Source: a virus (Duplodnaviria > Caudoviricetes). From it: DNA of 64,000 bases. Below, one piece after another: positions 6,926 to 16,488 of this stretch; the stretch's first letter is position 1; every line of letters starts with the position of its first letter. The translations under genes and the position numbers were made by a program. The DNA lies in the IMG/VR virus record IMGVR_UViG_3300015606_001334, positions 256,001-320,000 of that record; one strand, written 5' to 3'. The notes under the pieces are model-generated. The model was given only the letters and a program-made list of their open reading frames with translations, ran no database searches and was not told where the DNA came from.

Positions 6926-8131
6926 TTACATGAAGGTTAGGTTTGCAACGTTGATGCGACCGTAGTAGTCAGCACTGTTACCTAGAGAGGTTGCAGTGTT
7001 GGTAAAGGTTGCTTTACCGTAACGGGTCATCAAGCTGACTTGTGGGTTGTAAGTTGCTGGATCGATGATTACGTTGCTTGACATCAATGGGATGTATGGG
7101 CAGTAGAAGTAACCGGTATCCATTTCACCAGAACCGCCTTTGTAACCAACTAGAACTGGTTCAGTACCTTGATCGTGGTAGATGTAGGTGTAAACCTTGA
7201 TGGAACCGTTTAGGGTGCCGATTAGTTTGGTGTTGTTAGGACCTTCGAAAGAACCTTGAGTTGCTGGAACCCAAACGGACTTTGCTGCGGACTGTAGAAC
7301 AGAAGCAACTAGTGGGGAAACAACGATCCAGTTAGCTGCACCACGACGGGTCTTACGAGCGATTTCGTTAGCGACCTTGTTGATTAGAACGCCTAGAACT
7401 GCGTGACGATCACCAACGTAGTGTGGAGTACCGGTGAAGGTACCAGCCATGTCGAAAGTTTCAACGGTGCCAGCTAGAGCGATTAGGTCGTTGATAATTT
7501 CGTTGTCGATTTCAGAAACGATTTCTGCAGATAGAGCTGCAGTGATTTCTGCCTCTAGGTTTAGACCGTGCTGTGCAGATAGATCCTGAGCAGCTTCTAG
7601 GGTCCACTTAGCTTGTAGCTTACGGGTACCAGCGGTAACAGTTTGCTTCAAGACTTCTAGGGATAGGTTACGACCACCGAATGCTTCGAAGTCGGAGGTT
7701 GCTGCGACGGTACCGGTTGCAACACCGTTTGCGTCAACACCACCGGTGTAGAAGCGCTTGGTCTTGGAGTTGTTACCGAAAACTTCGGTAGAACCACCAA
7801 CGATATCCTCAGAACCTGCGCCCTGTGGGGAAACGTCTAGGTTTTCAGAGAATAGGAAGCGTAGGGAGTACGCTAGACCAACTGGACCTGCTAGTGGCTG
7901 AACACCAACTAGTTCGGTTGCGATAGTGCCAGGAATGATACGGCGGATCATTGGGATCGCGATCTTCTGGAAGTTGCTGATTGCTGAAGCTGCGGTAACG
8001 CCTGCTGCTGCAGTTTCAGTGATGTATGATTTTTGGTTCTCTAGAAGTGGAGCAACAAGCTTCTTTTGCTTCTCGGTAAGGCCTTCCATTAGAACGCCTT
8101 TTGCTTCTGACCATTGTTCGAATAATTCCAT
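6926..8131 (-). CDS. gp23: major capsid protein (T4 gp23-like)
   Basis: LLENQ, GVQPLAGPVGLAYSLR, RKLQAKWTLEAAQDL..HG, EIDNEII, FYCPYIPL, MTRYG. Confidence 0.96.
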   Translation of the reverse strand: MELFEQWSEAKGVLMEGLTEKQKKLVAPLLENQKSYITETAAAGVTAASAISNFQKIAIPMIRRIIPGTIATELVGVQPLAGPVGLAYSLRFLFSENLDVSPQGAGSEDIVGGSTEVFGNNSKTKRFYTGGVDANGVATGTVAATSDFEAFGGRNLSLEVLKQTVTAGTRKLQAKWTLEAAQDLSAQHGLNLEAEITAALSAEIVSEIDNEIINDLIALAGTVETFDMAGTFTGTPHYVGDRHAVLGVLINKVANEIARKTRRGAANWIVVSPLVASVLQSAAKSVWVPATQGSFEGPNNTKLIGTLNGSIKVYTYIYHDQGTEPVLVGYKGGSGEMDTGYFYCPYIPLMSSNVIIDPATYNPQVSLMTRYGKATFTNTATSLGNSADYYGRINVANLTFM

Positions 8132-8172
8132 ATCTTATCTCCTCGTGTATGAATCTAAGGGTTGTAAACTAA

Positions 8173-9057
8173 TTATTTATTCCCAATGCCAGCGAGAGCA
8201 CGAAGTGCTTCCAACTTGCTATCCTTGGGTGCTGCTACTTGGGTTGATTCTTCAATCTTTTCGCCGGTTACGACTTTGGTTTCCTTAGCGGATTCAGTAA
8301 CTACTTGAGCTGCTGGTTCCTGCTTTTCTTCCTTAAGTACGCGACCAATGAATTGGTTGTATGCTTCTTCAAGCTTTTCAGTTTCTACAGACTGTAGAAT
8401 GAATGCCATCTGCTCGCGCTTGGAACCAGTTAGTGGCTTTAGAACTTCAGCCATCTTTGATTCACGAACAAGTTTAACTTGTTCTGCTTCGAGTTCAGCA
8501 ATCTTCTTAGCTGCATCTTCTAGCTTGCTCTCAGTTATTTGTAGCTGAGATTGTACTGATTCTTCATCGACAAAATTCTTGGAGAATTCAGTAACGAATG
8601 CTTCAAAAATCTGACGACCAAAATGGTTCTGCTTAACTACTTCGATGTCTTCCTTAAGTTCTTCGAACTCTTCGGTTAGACGGATTTCGAAGAAGGCATC
8701 GATCTTGTCAACTAGTTGATCTAGATCTTCCTGAACCTTTGCAGCCATTTCGCTCTTGTGTTCAACAACCTTAGCTGCATATTCTGCTTCTAGGTCACGG
8801 AAACGCTCGATGTCTGACTTTAGCTCAGTTAGTTCTTCAGTAATTTGTTCATCAACAAACTTCTCTAGTGACTCAACTAGTGCGTCACGTTCTTTAGTCC
8901 ATTGCTCTGCGAGTTCAGCGCGAACTTCTAGAAGTGATGCTTCTTTCATCTCAGCCATTTTGGCTTCGACGACTTGCTGCCACTTCTGAGAAATCTCTGC
9001 CTTAACATCTTCGCTTAGCAGTTCGGATTCCAAAAGTTTTTGGAGGATTTCATCCAT
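8173..9057 (-). CDS. gp22: prohead core scaffolding protein (gp22-like)
   Basis: Acidic coiled coil directly upstream of MCP; GRQIFEAF motif. Confidence 0.85.
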   Translation of the reverse strand: MDEILQKLLESELLSEDVKAEISQKWQQVVEAKMAEMKEASLLEVRAELAEQWTKERDALVESLEKFVDEQITEELTELKSDIERFRDLEAEYAAKVVEHKSEMAAKVQEDLDQLVDKIDAFFEIRLTEEFEELKEDIEVVKQNHFGRQIFEAFVTEFSKNFVDEESVQSQLQITESKLEDAAKKIAELEAEQVKLVRESKMAEVLKPLTGSKREQMAFILQSVETEKLEEAYNQFIGRVLKEEKQEPAAQVVTESAKETKVVTGEKIEESTQVAAPKDSKLEALRALAGIGNK

Positions 9058-9127
9058 AACTAATCTCCTTGTCTTTAAAATTCTGTGAAAATTCTTCGTT
9101 GTCGCTAAATCTTCAACAAGTTAAAAA

Positions 9128-9135
9128 TATTTATA
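9128..9135 (-). promoter_or_regulatory. T4-type late promoter TATAAATA
   Basis: Exact consensus upstream of gp22. Other minus-strand copies: 6856, 8174, 9538, 10233, 14865, 19437, 19985, 59447, 62275. Confidence 0.8.
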
Positions 9136-9235
9136 AAGATTCTAAAAAAGTGTGAAAAAACAATGCATAATTAAGGGAACTTAATTACGAAGAAACTTCA
9201 TAACCATAACTTGTTGATTTCAAACGAAATCTAAA

Positions 9236-9499
9236 TTACTCAGTTCCTTGCGTGGCTGCTTCTGCTGAAGCCACTGCTGCTGCTTCTGCTGCTGCGTCGT
9301 CCGCTGAATGAGTTTGAGTATCATCAGTGGAGTCATTAGCAACTTCAGTTTGATTTTCTTGGGCAGTTGGTGTTGCGCCGATACCAGTAATTTCTTTTGA
9401 CTTTAGGGTTAGATATTGATGAAAATCTGCCTTGGCCTCGTCTGGTTTGTCATTAATGAAGTTTTGCAAAACGCTCTTAAGTAGTTCTCTTTTATCCAT
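9236..9499 (-). CDS. small prohead core protein (gp67-like)
   Basis: Short helical N-terminus (..FINDKPDEAKADF..) plus acidic tail, located in the head operon. Confidence 0.55.
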   Translation of the reverse strand: MDKRELLKSVLQNFINDKPDEAKADFHQYLTLKSKEITGIGATPTAQENQTEVANDSTDDTQTHSADDAAAEAAAVASAEAATQGTE

Positions 9500-9550
9500 A
9501 TAGAATCTCCTTATATGATGTATATGTTGATGATTTTTATTTATTATGAG

Positions 9551-9580
9551 AAAAAGGCCATATTTTGGTATGGCCTTTTC
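9551..9580 (-). terminator. intrinsic terminator after gp21
   Basis: AAAAGGCCATA...TATGGCCTTTT inverted repeat. Confidence 0.7.
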
Positions 9581-9583
9581 TTT

Positions 9584-10204
9584 TTAACGCTTAGATGCGG
9601 TAATCGCTTCAAGGAATTTGAAAATTTCTTTTTGTAGATGCTTTTGTGCAGTCTTATCGTGTACAACAGCTTCTGCTAGAGTAATGATCTTTTGGTTTTC
9701 CAAAGACTCTTTGATTACGTTTGGATATGCGTTTGGTGCCGATGGGGTAGCAACAATGTCGACAGTAACAAAGTTGAAATCAGAAACATAACCTTCATTG
9801 GTAACGTTGCCAGTACCACGAGAGGAAACTCCTAGTTTGATACCGCCTTCTAGTAGACCCTTAGCAATGTTACCCATTGGGGTATTTAGAAGTTTGCATT
9901 TACCAACAGCATTTGCACCATCCATCTTGATTTCGGTAATCGCGTGAGAAACACGGGATAGGTCGATGGATAGGGAATCTGGGTGGTTCAATTCACCCAT
10001 GATGTAGTGACCTTGCTCGATACGTTCTTGGATTAGGCCAACTGCGCGGGAAATCTCTTCAAGAGGATAAACGCGCTTGTTGCCGTTACGAACGTCGGCT
10101 TGCATTAGGATTCCGTTAAGATAAGTGTTCTTAGCGGTGTCTTGCATCTCCATCAATCCTGCTTGGACTGGTGTGAGTTGTTCAATAAGTAGTTGTGAGT
10201 TCAT
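9584..10204 (-). CDS. gp21: prohead core protein protease (gp21-like)
   Basis: NGNKRVYP, GELNHP, VSHAI, GVSSRGTG, DIVATPSAPNAY. Confidence 0.95.
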   Translation of the reverse strand: MNSQLLIEQLTPVQAGLMEMQDTAKNTYLNGILMQADVRNGNKRVYPLEEISRAVGLIQERIEQGHYIMGELNHPDSLSIDLSRVSHAITEIKMDGANAVGKCKLLNTPMGNIAKGLLEGGIKLGVSSRGTGNVTNEGYVSDFNFVTVDIVATPSAPNAYPNVIKESLENQKIITLAEAVVHDKTAQKHLQKEIFKFLEAITASKR

Positions 10205-10249
10205 TCAAGTCTCCAAAGTATAACACTTAGCGTATTTATACTCGAAAAT

Positions 10250-10278
10250 AAAGGGAGTGATTTTATTTTCACTCCCTT
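10250..10278 (-). terminator. intrinsic terminator after portal gene
   Basis: AAGGGAGTGA...TCACTCCCTT inverted repeat. Confidence 0.7.
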
Positions 10279-10284
10279 GATAGG

Positions 10285-11970
10285 TTACATATTGCCTAAG
10301 TCGAGACCACCGCCTTGATCACCTGGAGGTTGTTCTCCACCACCTCCTTGGTCATCGCCTCCGAAGTCGAGGCCAGCCTGCTCAGGTTTATCTGCTTCCA
10401 TGTCTAAGCCTTCATCCTCACCACCTTCGTCTGGAGCGGATCCACCACGTTTCTTCTTACTCTTCTTCTCTTCAAGCTTAATAGCATCACGATTCTCGAA
10501 GAATGCTGGGTCATAGATCTGCTGTAGATCGGTTAGAGAAGCATCGTCTGCAATTGAACGTTCTTGTTTCAACATCATTTCGTTCATTTGGATCTCGTCT
10601 TCAGAGAAGCCAAGGTAACGCTTCATCATTAGGCGCTTAGAAATGTACTTGACATCTTCAATTGACTTGAACGCGTTAATTAGGTCGGCATCAAGAGCAG
10701 CTTGACGGTATAGAGCGAAGTTCTGTGGATCTGGTAGTTTGATCTTGAATAGAGAAGGATCAATGTTGATACCAGCGAATTCGAGATATTTCTTGAATTC
10801 GACATCCATTACCTTTTCGATTTGGTTCTGTAGACGCTTAACAAAGTTTGCAAAGCGAAGTTCTTCAATGTAAGCAATGCCGACCTTACCGTCCTGGACC
10901 TGAGCTCCTTGAGCGTCAGCACCCTTCATGTAAGAGGTAGGAACGCGCAAACCACGGAATAGTTTATCACGGAAGTAAACAATGTCAGAGTTCTCGCCGA
11001 GGTTTTCGCCTGCAGGTAGAGTTTCAATACGCGAACCCTTACCTTCAGAGGAAACTGGGAAGAAGTAATCTTCCTGGATAGAGTTTGGATTGTAGACAGA
11101 GTCGACTTGATCCTTACCACCAGTTGAAGAAGAGGTTGGAACACGTTTCTGACGAATATCGTTCTTGATAGATTCCAAATACTGCTTAACACGTTGTTGT
11201 GGCATGTTACCAACGTCAATGTAGAAAACACGACGTTCTGGTGCACGAACAATTCGGTAGATAATGATGGAATCTTCAAGCATGGATAGTTGCTTGAATG
11301 TCTTGTAGATGGACTGAAGTAGAGACTCGCCGAATGGAGCACTTTCGCCCATGTCGTCAGACAATGTGAAGTGGATGATGTTTGGTTCAGTGTAAACAGT
11401 CGTGACAGAGTTCTTGTTGATGTTGTCAGTCTTAGATTCTTCACGAACGTGGAATGCTACCTTCTTTCCTTCTTCATCGATTTCGATACCGATAATCTTA
11501 GCGACTTCAATGAATTCCCATTTCTTGTTATCACCATGCTTAATGAAGAAGCAATCACCATACTTAATCATACAACGAGCAATTCTGAAAATTCTGTTAT
11601 TCAGATCGTGGATGTTTGACCAGTGACGAAGCGCTGCGCGAAGAGTAGTGACTGTTACTTCACTGACTTCCTGATTCTGTTCGATTTGATAATCGATTTC
11701 AAATGGTAGACCAGTCTTTTCGTCGATGGTGGACATTTCTTCAGCGATAATGTCCAATGCGCGAGCAATATCGACGTCAGCGTCCATCGCGTCGTATTGG
11801 TTGTAACGAGAAATACGAGAGCCAGAACCCTTGATGAGTTGAGAATAAGCTGCTACGGTGTTGAATGCCGCGCCGTAGAAATTATTGTCGTTTGAATCGT
11901 ACTTAAGGGTAGTTACTTCCTGCTTTTTAGCAGGAGTAATAATTTTCCAATAACTTGACCAAGTCGCCAT
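10285..11970 (-). CDS. gp20: portal protein (gp20-like)
   Basis: LEDSIIIYRIVRAPERRVFYIDVGNMP, EDYFFP, IETLPAG, LRVPTS, EELRFANFVKRLQ. Confidence 0.96.
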   Translation of the reverse strand: MATWSSYWKIITPAKKQEVTTLKYDSNDNNFYGAAFNTVAAYSQLIKGSGSRISRYNQYDAMDADVDIARALDIIAEEMSTIDEKTGLPFEIDYQIEQNQEVSEVTVTTLRAALRHWSNIHDLNNRIFRIARCMIKYGDCFFIKHGDNKKWEFIEVAKIIGIEIDEEGKKVAFHVREESKTDNINKNSVTTVYTEPNIIHFTLSDDMGESAPFGESLLQSIYKTFKQLSMLEDSIIIYRIVRAPERRVFYIDVGNMPQQRVKQYLESIKNDIRQKRVPTSSSTGGKDQVDSVYNPNSIQEDYFFPVSSEGKGSRIETLPAGENLGENSDIVYFRDKLFRGLRVPTSYMKGADAQGAQVQDGKVGIAYIEELRFANFVKRLQNQIEKVMDVEFKKYLEFAGINIDPSLFKIKLPDPQNFALYRQAALDADLINAFKSIEDVKYISKRLMMKRYLGFSEDEIQMNEMMLKQERSIADDASLTDLQQIYDPAFFENRDAIKLEEKKSKKKRGGSAPDEGGEDEGLDMEADKPEQAGLDFGGDDQGGGGEQPPGDQGGGLDLGNM

Positions 11971-11978
11971 TTTAATCC

Positions 11979-14816
11979 TTATTTGTTAGCGAAAATAGAT
12001 CTCTTGTCAACTAAATCACCGAATGAAATTCCAGTACCTTTGCCACTCTTGATAGCATCAAGCAAGCCGTTGTTTTCTGGTTTTACTGTTTCAATTAGTG
12101 TCTTCAAGAGTTTGATCATTTCATCCATCTTGCTCTGTTCACCTTCGGTACCAGAGTTAATAGTGTTGACCAAATCTTCAAGAGAAGTCTTTTTCTGAGT
12201 ATCGTTTGTTTCATTATTTATCTTATCGGCAGATTGCTTGTTGTCGACTTGAGCAGTGTTAACGGTTGATCCAGACTTTTCAGTAGGAGTAGCATCCACA
12301 CCATCAACTGCTTTAGAAACGTCTCTTGCTAACAACAGACCGTCGATACCGACAGAAGCGGCAGTTCCTAAACCAGGAACGGTTCCAGCAACGCCAGAAG
12401 CGACTTCACCAGTTGCGCCGAGCCAATCACCTTGCATTGCTCGTTGGGCGCCGAATAGAAGGCCTGCTCCGATACCAAGCAATGGAATTTTCTTAAGCGC
12501 AGATTTTCCAACAGTTTTGGCTGTATCTTTAGCAGCAGTCTTAGCTACGTCGGTTCCGACGGTTTTTGCTGCATCTTTAGCGGCAGTTTCTGCGGCTTCC
12601 TTACCTACGGTTTGAGTTGCGGAGCCAACAGCCTTTTCAACGCCTTCTGCTGCGGTTTTTGCCTTATTGCCTGGACCTCCTAGCAACTTATCAAGCTTAT
12701 CTTTTGCGAAGTCTTTTGCGCCTTGCAGAAGTTTAGAGTTCTGCATAATCATTGCTGCGGCGATAGTCGCGATACCACCTGCAATACCAATCAAAAGCTT
12801 GATAATTGGGTTACCCATATTATTCTGCAGCTCGGTATACATCTGCATTAGGTTGGTAATTCCAGGACCCGCTTGCTGTGTTTTCTCTACAGCTTTTGCA
12901 GTTTTACTATTTGGATATATTGAGCCTTTTTGATCTTTCGACAAAGCTGCATCGCTACCCGCTTTAATTGCGGCTTGAACGCTTTGTCCCTGACTATCAA
13001 CCAATTGGTCAATTAGATATTCGGAACCAATGCCTCCAGCACCCTGAATTTGGTTAGTTCTCTTACCAATTTCCATGTAGGTCTTGCTCATGAATTCACG
13101 ATCTTCTTTGGTAAGTTGATCTTCACGTTTCATCATGACTGCGGCCATACGACCTGCATCAGCGCCTAGACCGACGGTTGCCATCAACTGTTGCATCTTA
13201 ACCGAGTTTTCAAGACGCTTATCGACCTTTTCACCATTGACCTTTTGCATGGTCTGGATGAACTTTGCGGCTTCCTCATTCGAACCAATAAGGTATCCAA
13301 TACGAGTCTTTTCAAGTAGGATTTCTTGAGTCTTTTGAGCACGCTGTTGATCGCTCAAACGCATCATCATCTTTTGAGTTTCTGCGTCGTTCATCAAAGC
13401 GCGGTCTTGCGCAACCAATTCATCAACTGAAGCTCCAGTCAAATGGGCCATTTGGTTGATTCTATCAGAATAGTTCGCAAATGCTTGATTGAACTTCTTT
13501 TCATCCTTTGGATGAACGCCCATCAACATCAAGTTGTGTGTAAATTCTGCTCCAGCTTTTAGTGCATCATCCCCAAATAATCCTAACTTAGCTAATGATG
13601 CTTTGTTATTCTTAATAATTCCTGAAATCTTGTCAAAGCCAAGCTGAGAAACTTGGAACATCATCTGCTTGAAGTACTTTGCAGTAGCTTCAACGGACGA
13701 GCCCATAGACAAGGCCCACTTGCCAATTTCCCAGTGTGCTCCACCCATTTGCTGAGCAAACAAGGTAGACATGTATTTCGCATAATCGGTAAATGCTTTC
13801 TTGAGGATCATTAGGCCGGAACCGACAGAGATTCCTGAACCTCCTAGCCGTTCAATACCCTTTTCCGCAAAATCCATCGATTTGCTTAACGCATAGTTTG
13901 TGAGGGTGCTTTTACCGATAGATCGGTTGAATGTTTCAATTCCAGAAACCGACTTATCAATCTTACCTCCGACATCCTTTAGGAAATCGGCTTTTCTAGA
14001 CTCAAGAATGCCTAGCTCGTATTTGAGCATTTCTGCACGCTTGCTATTACCGCTCTTAGCAGCAATAGTCATTTTCTTCTTTTTGTCGTCAATCTTCTTG
14101 TTGTGGCCAGCAAGCTGCTTATGGAAAGCATCGACACCCAAACCATCGGCGGTCAAGCCGTGGTCGGAAAGAGATTTCATAATCCCTTTGATGTTGCCTT
14201 CCTGCATGCTAGCGACGTTCTTCGCGCCAGTCTTAGCCTTTGCTCCTGAAACCTTGGTCAAGACCTCATTCATAGAGTCTTGCATTCCCAAGATTTCTTT
14301 AATTCTTCCACCTGTTGTGGTTGCGGTTAGTTTCTTTCCCTGTAGAGATTTAGTAGACTTTAGGACATCTGACATGTTGGTGACGAAACGGTCTTGGAAT
14401 CGTCTTCCCATCTTGTCATTTTCAAGAAGAGTCCTTGCGTTCTCATTCTGCATCTTTAGGAGTTTCTTATACTCCTTCTGATCCTTTACAATCTCTCCAC
14501 CTAATTTGGACATCGAGCGGGTAAATGCCCAAAGACCTGCACTTAGCTCAAGAATACCTTTTTCCTGATTCTTGTACAGTCTCTTATTTCTTTCATAATT
14601 CTCATCAGCAAGTCTCTGAGCTTTGCGATCTTGTTGTGTGCTGTTTCCTGCCCCAGGACCGCGAGGGTGGGTTCCACCTGGCTGAGATGCTCGTTGAGGA
14701 CGAGTCTGAGGGCCAGAAGAAAATGTCTTGCTAATGTTGTCAATCGCCTTTGTTAAGGTGTTTATTGCTCTCAACAATTCGGGACTGGAATTATTATTTG
14801 TTCCTGAAGGAGTCAT
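11979..14816 (-). CDS. tail tape-measure-like protein
   Basis: 945 aa, helical, Ala/Gly/Lys/Met rich; C-terminal LKKIPLLGIGAG..GDWLGA motif; late promoter upstream. Confidence 0.65.
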   Translation of the reverse strand: MTPSGTNNNSSPELLRAINTLTKAIDNISKTFSSGPQTRPQRASQPGGTHPRGPGAGNSTQQDRKAQRLADENYERNKRLYKNQEKGILELSAGLWAFTRSMSKLGGEIVKDQKEYKKLLKMQNENARTLLENDKMGRRFQDRFVTNMSDVLKSTKSLQGKKLTATTTGGRIKEILGMQDSMNEVLTKVSGAKAKTGAKNVASMQEGNIKGIMKSLSDHGLTADGLGVDAFHKQLAGHNKKIDDKKKKMTIAAKSGNSKRAEMLKYELGILESRKADFLKDVGGKIDKSVSGIETFNRSIGKSTLTNYALSKSMDFAEKGIERLGGSGISVGSGLMILKKAFTDYAKYMSTLFAQQMGGAHWEIGKWALSMGSSVEATAKYFKQMMFQVSQLGFDKISGIIKNNKASLAKLGLFGDDALKAGAEFTHNLMLMGVHPKDEKKFNQAFANYSDRINQMAHLTGASVDELVAQDRALMNDAETQKMMMRLSDQQRAQKTQEILLEKTRIGYLIGSNEEAAKFIQTMQKVNGEKVDKRLENSVKMQQLMATVGLGADAGRMAAVMMKREDQLTKEDREFMSKTYMEIGKRTNQIQGAGGIGSEYLIDQLVDSQGQSVQAAIKAGSDAALSKDQKGSIYPNSKTAKAVEKTQQAGPGITNLMQMYTELQNNMGNPIIKLLIGIAGGIATIAAAMIMQNSKLLQGAKDFAKDKLDKLLGGPGNKAKTAAEGVEKAVGSATQTVGKEAAETAAKDAAKTVGTDVAKTAAKDTAKTVGKSALKKIPLLGIGAGLLFGAQRAMQGDWLGATGEVASGVAGTVPGLGTAASVGIDGLLLARDVSKAVDGVDATPTEKSGSTVNTAQVDNKQSADKINNETNDTQKKTSLEDLVNTINSGTEGEQSKMDEMIKLLKTLIETVKPENNGLLDAIKSGKGTGISFGDLVDKRSIFANK

Positions 14817-14895
14817 TCGTGCTCACTCGCCGTTAAAGATAAATATCTGAAATAACCACAACCTTATTTATTGTTTTGAACATATAGGAGAATTT

Positions 14896-15699
14896 ATGAA
14901 TCCTCAGGTAGAAAACTCGTCTGTCAACCCGCTACTAGCTAAGGTCAAAATCCCAGGCCGTATCTTCCAATTACCATCAGCTGGAGCATTCTACAAAAAT
15001 GGCGAGCTAACCGCAGGAATCGAAAACGGTGAAGTGCATGTCCACCCAATGACTGCGCTCGATGAAATTACCATGAAGAACCCAGATATGCTCTTCAGCG
15101 GTAAGGCAATCTCCATCGTCTTCAGACACTGCGTTCCAGAAATTGCCAAACCAGAAGAACTATTCGCTAAAGACATTGATGCTCTCATGATCTTCCTTCG
15201 TGCTGTTACCTACGGACCACAGTATGAAATCGAGGCGACACACGATTGTGAAGATGCAAAACCACACACCTATGCTATTGATGTGGAGCAGATGATCACG
15301 TCGATGCGTTACCTTGACGAAGAAACCATTGAGCGCCAGTACTCTGTCACTCTCAATAACGGACAAGTAGTCAAGATGCAGCCAATCCGTTACAAGCACG
15401 TTCTTCAACTATTGAAGATGAATGAGAACAAATCTGTCTTGACGGTTGAAGATCAAGAGAAGAACCTCATTACCAACCTTCTAAACGTCATCGAATCTGT
15501 CGATGGTTATACTGACAAAAAGATGATCACTGAATGGATCCGTGCTATCAACCCACAAATGATGGACCAACTAGCTAAGTCTATCGATGATTCACAATCT
15601 TGGGGTCCTCAAACTGCAAGAAAGGTAGTCTGTAAGGATTGCGGCGAAGAATACGAAATTGAAGTGCCAATCAACCCAATAAGTTTTTTCTTCGTCTGA
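14896..15699 (+). CDS. gp26: baseplate hub assembly protein (gp26-like)
   Basis: LPSAG.FY, PMTALDE, D.DALMIFLR..TYG, CxxC pair, ends NPISFFFV. Confidence 0.8.
   Translation: MNPQVENSSVNPLLAKVKIPGRIFQLPSAGAFYKNGELTAGIENGEVHVHPMTALDEITMKNPDMLFSGKAISIVFRHCVPEIAKPEELFAKDIDALMIFLRAVTYGPQYEIEATHDCEDAKPHTYAIDVEQMITSMRYLDEETIERQYSVTLNNGQVVKMQPIRYKHVLQLLKMNENKSVLTVEDQEKNLITNLLNVIESVDGYTDKKMITEWIRAINPQMMDQLAKSIDDSQSWGPQTARKVVCKDCGEEYEIEVPINPISFFFV
15684..15690 (+). other. putative -1 ribosomal frameshift heptamer T TTT TTC
   Basis: In frame at the end of the gp26-like gene; the -1 frame is open into the 15714 ORF. Confidence 0.6.
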
Positions 15700-15713
15700 T
15701 TAGAAGTGGTAGA

Positions 15714-15920
15714 ATGGAGCGAGTGCAAAGCTATATTGCACAGCTTGGCAGAGAAATAAGAATCATAATTCGTAATGCTCTTGAACTTTCTTACTTTTCT
15801 CGAGGTGCTTGGCAATATGAAGCCGTTTTAGAGATGACAGCAGGCGAAAGAGAAATCGCGGCAGAATTCATCAATAAACGTTTAGAGCAAGCGGCTAAAA
15901 TGCAGTACCCAGTCTTCTAA
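15714..15920 (+). CDS. gp51-like baseplate/tail assembly protein (probably also a frameshift extension of gp26)
   Basis: LSYFSRGAWQYEAVLEMT..ERE...FI pattern; position after gp26. Confidence 0.65.
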   Translation: MERVQSYIAQLGREIRIIIRNALELSYFSRGAWQYEAVLEMTAGEREIAAEFINKRLEQAAKMQYPVF

Positions 15921-15935
15921 TCATAGCACAAAAAT

Positions 15936-15961
15936 AAAGGGAGCTTAAAAGCTCCCTTTTC
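15936..15961. terminator. bidirectional terminator
   Basis: AAAAGGGAGCTT-AA-AAGCTCCCTTTT between convergent genes. Confidence 0.8.
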
Positions 15962-15973
15962 TTTTACTATCAA

Positions 15974-16294
15974 TTATTTTTGCCTTGGTAATTCACCGTT
16001 CTTGTACTTACGATTGACCTCTTCTATTCGACGCTTGACAAATTCAGGATTCATTCTTGCTATCTCGTCAATCATGTCGCCAATCGTTTGAGGCATGCTG
16101 TTTGGTGGAGGTCCAACCGATGCGAAGTCGAAGAAATCGAGGTCCATATCGTCGAGAGGCATCGGCTTGCTATTCACGGTGAACATCCACTGGATTTCAT
16201 CTGGATCTTCTCCAATATAGCAAATTCTCCAGGTGCGATCAGCAATCTGCTTGTACCAATACCATTGACCAGTTTCAAGGATCTTGTTAGACAT
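15974..16294 (-). CDS. hypothetical protein
   Basis: 106-aa ORF overlapping the upstream ORF by 8 nt. Confidence 0.65.
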   Translation of the reverse strand: MSNKILETGQWYWYKQIADRTWRICYIGEDPDEIQWMFTVNSKPMPLDDMDLDFFDFASVGPPPNSMPQTIGDMIDEIARMNPEFVKRRIEEVNRKYKNGELPRQK

Positions 16295-16478
16295 GTGCTA
16301 CACCACGATGATAGTCTGGATCATACTGGTAGAAGATGTCGAAGGCTTCGGCTTGGCAGAGTCCTACAAGCTCTTGAACGAGCCCCATGCTGTCGGTGAT
16401 AACAAAATCCCCATTGTTCTGTTCAGCCAGTGTGTAGGCGTTTCCGTCAACGGTAGTAAAGGTGTCGTGTATTTTCAT
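16287..16478 (-). CDS. hypothetical protein
   Basis: 63-aa ORF with GAGAG upstream. Confidence 0.55.
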   Translation of the reverse strand: MKIHDTFTTVDGNAYTLAEQNNGDFVITDSMGLVQELVGLCQAEAFDIFYQYDPDYHRGVAHV

Positions 16479-16488
16479 GATGTCTCTC

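Noticed and set aside
9060-9235. AT-rich gap as a replication origin
   Set aside because: No iterons; adequately explained by the late promoter and leader of gp22
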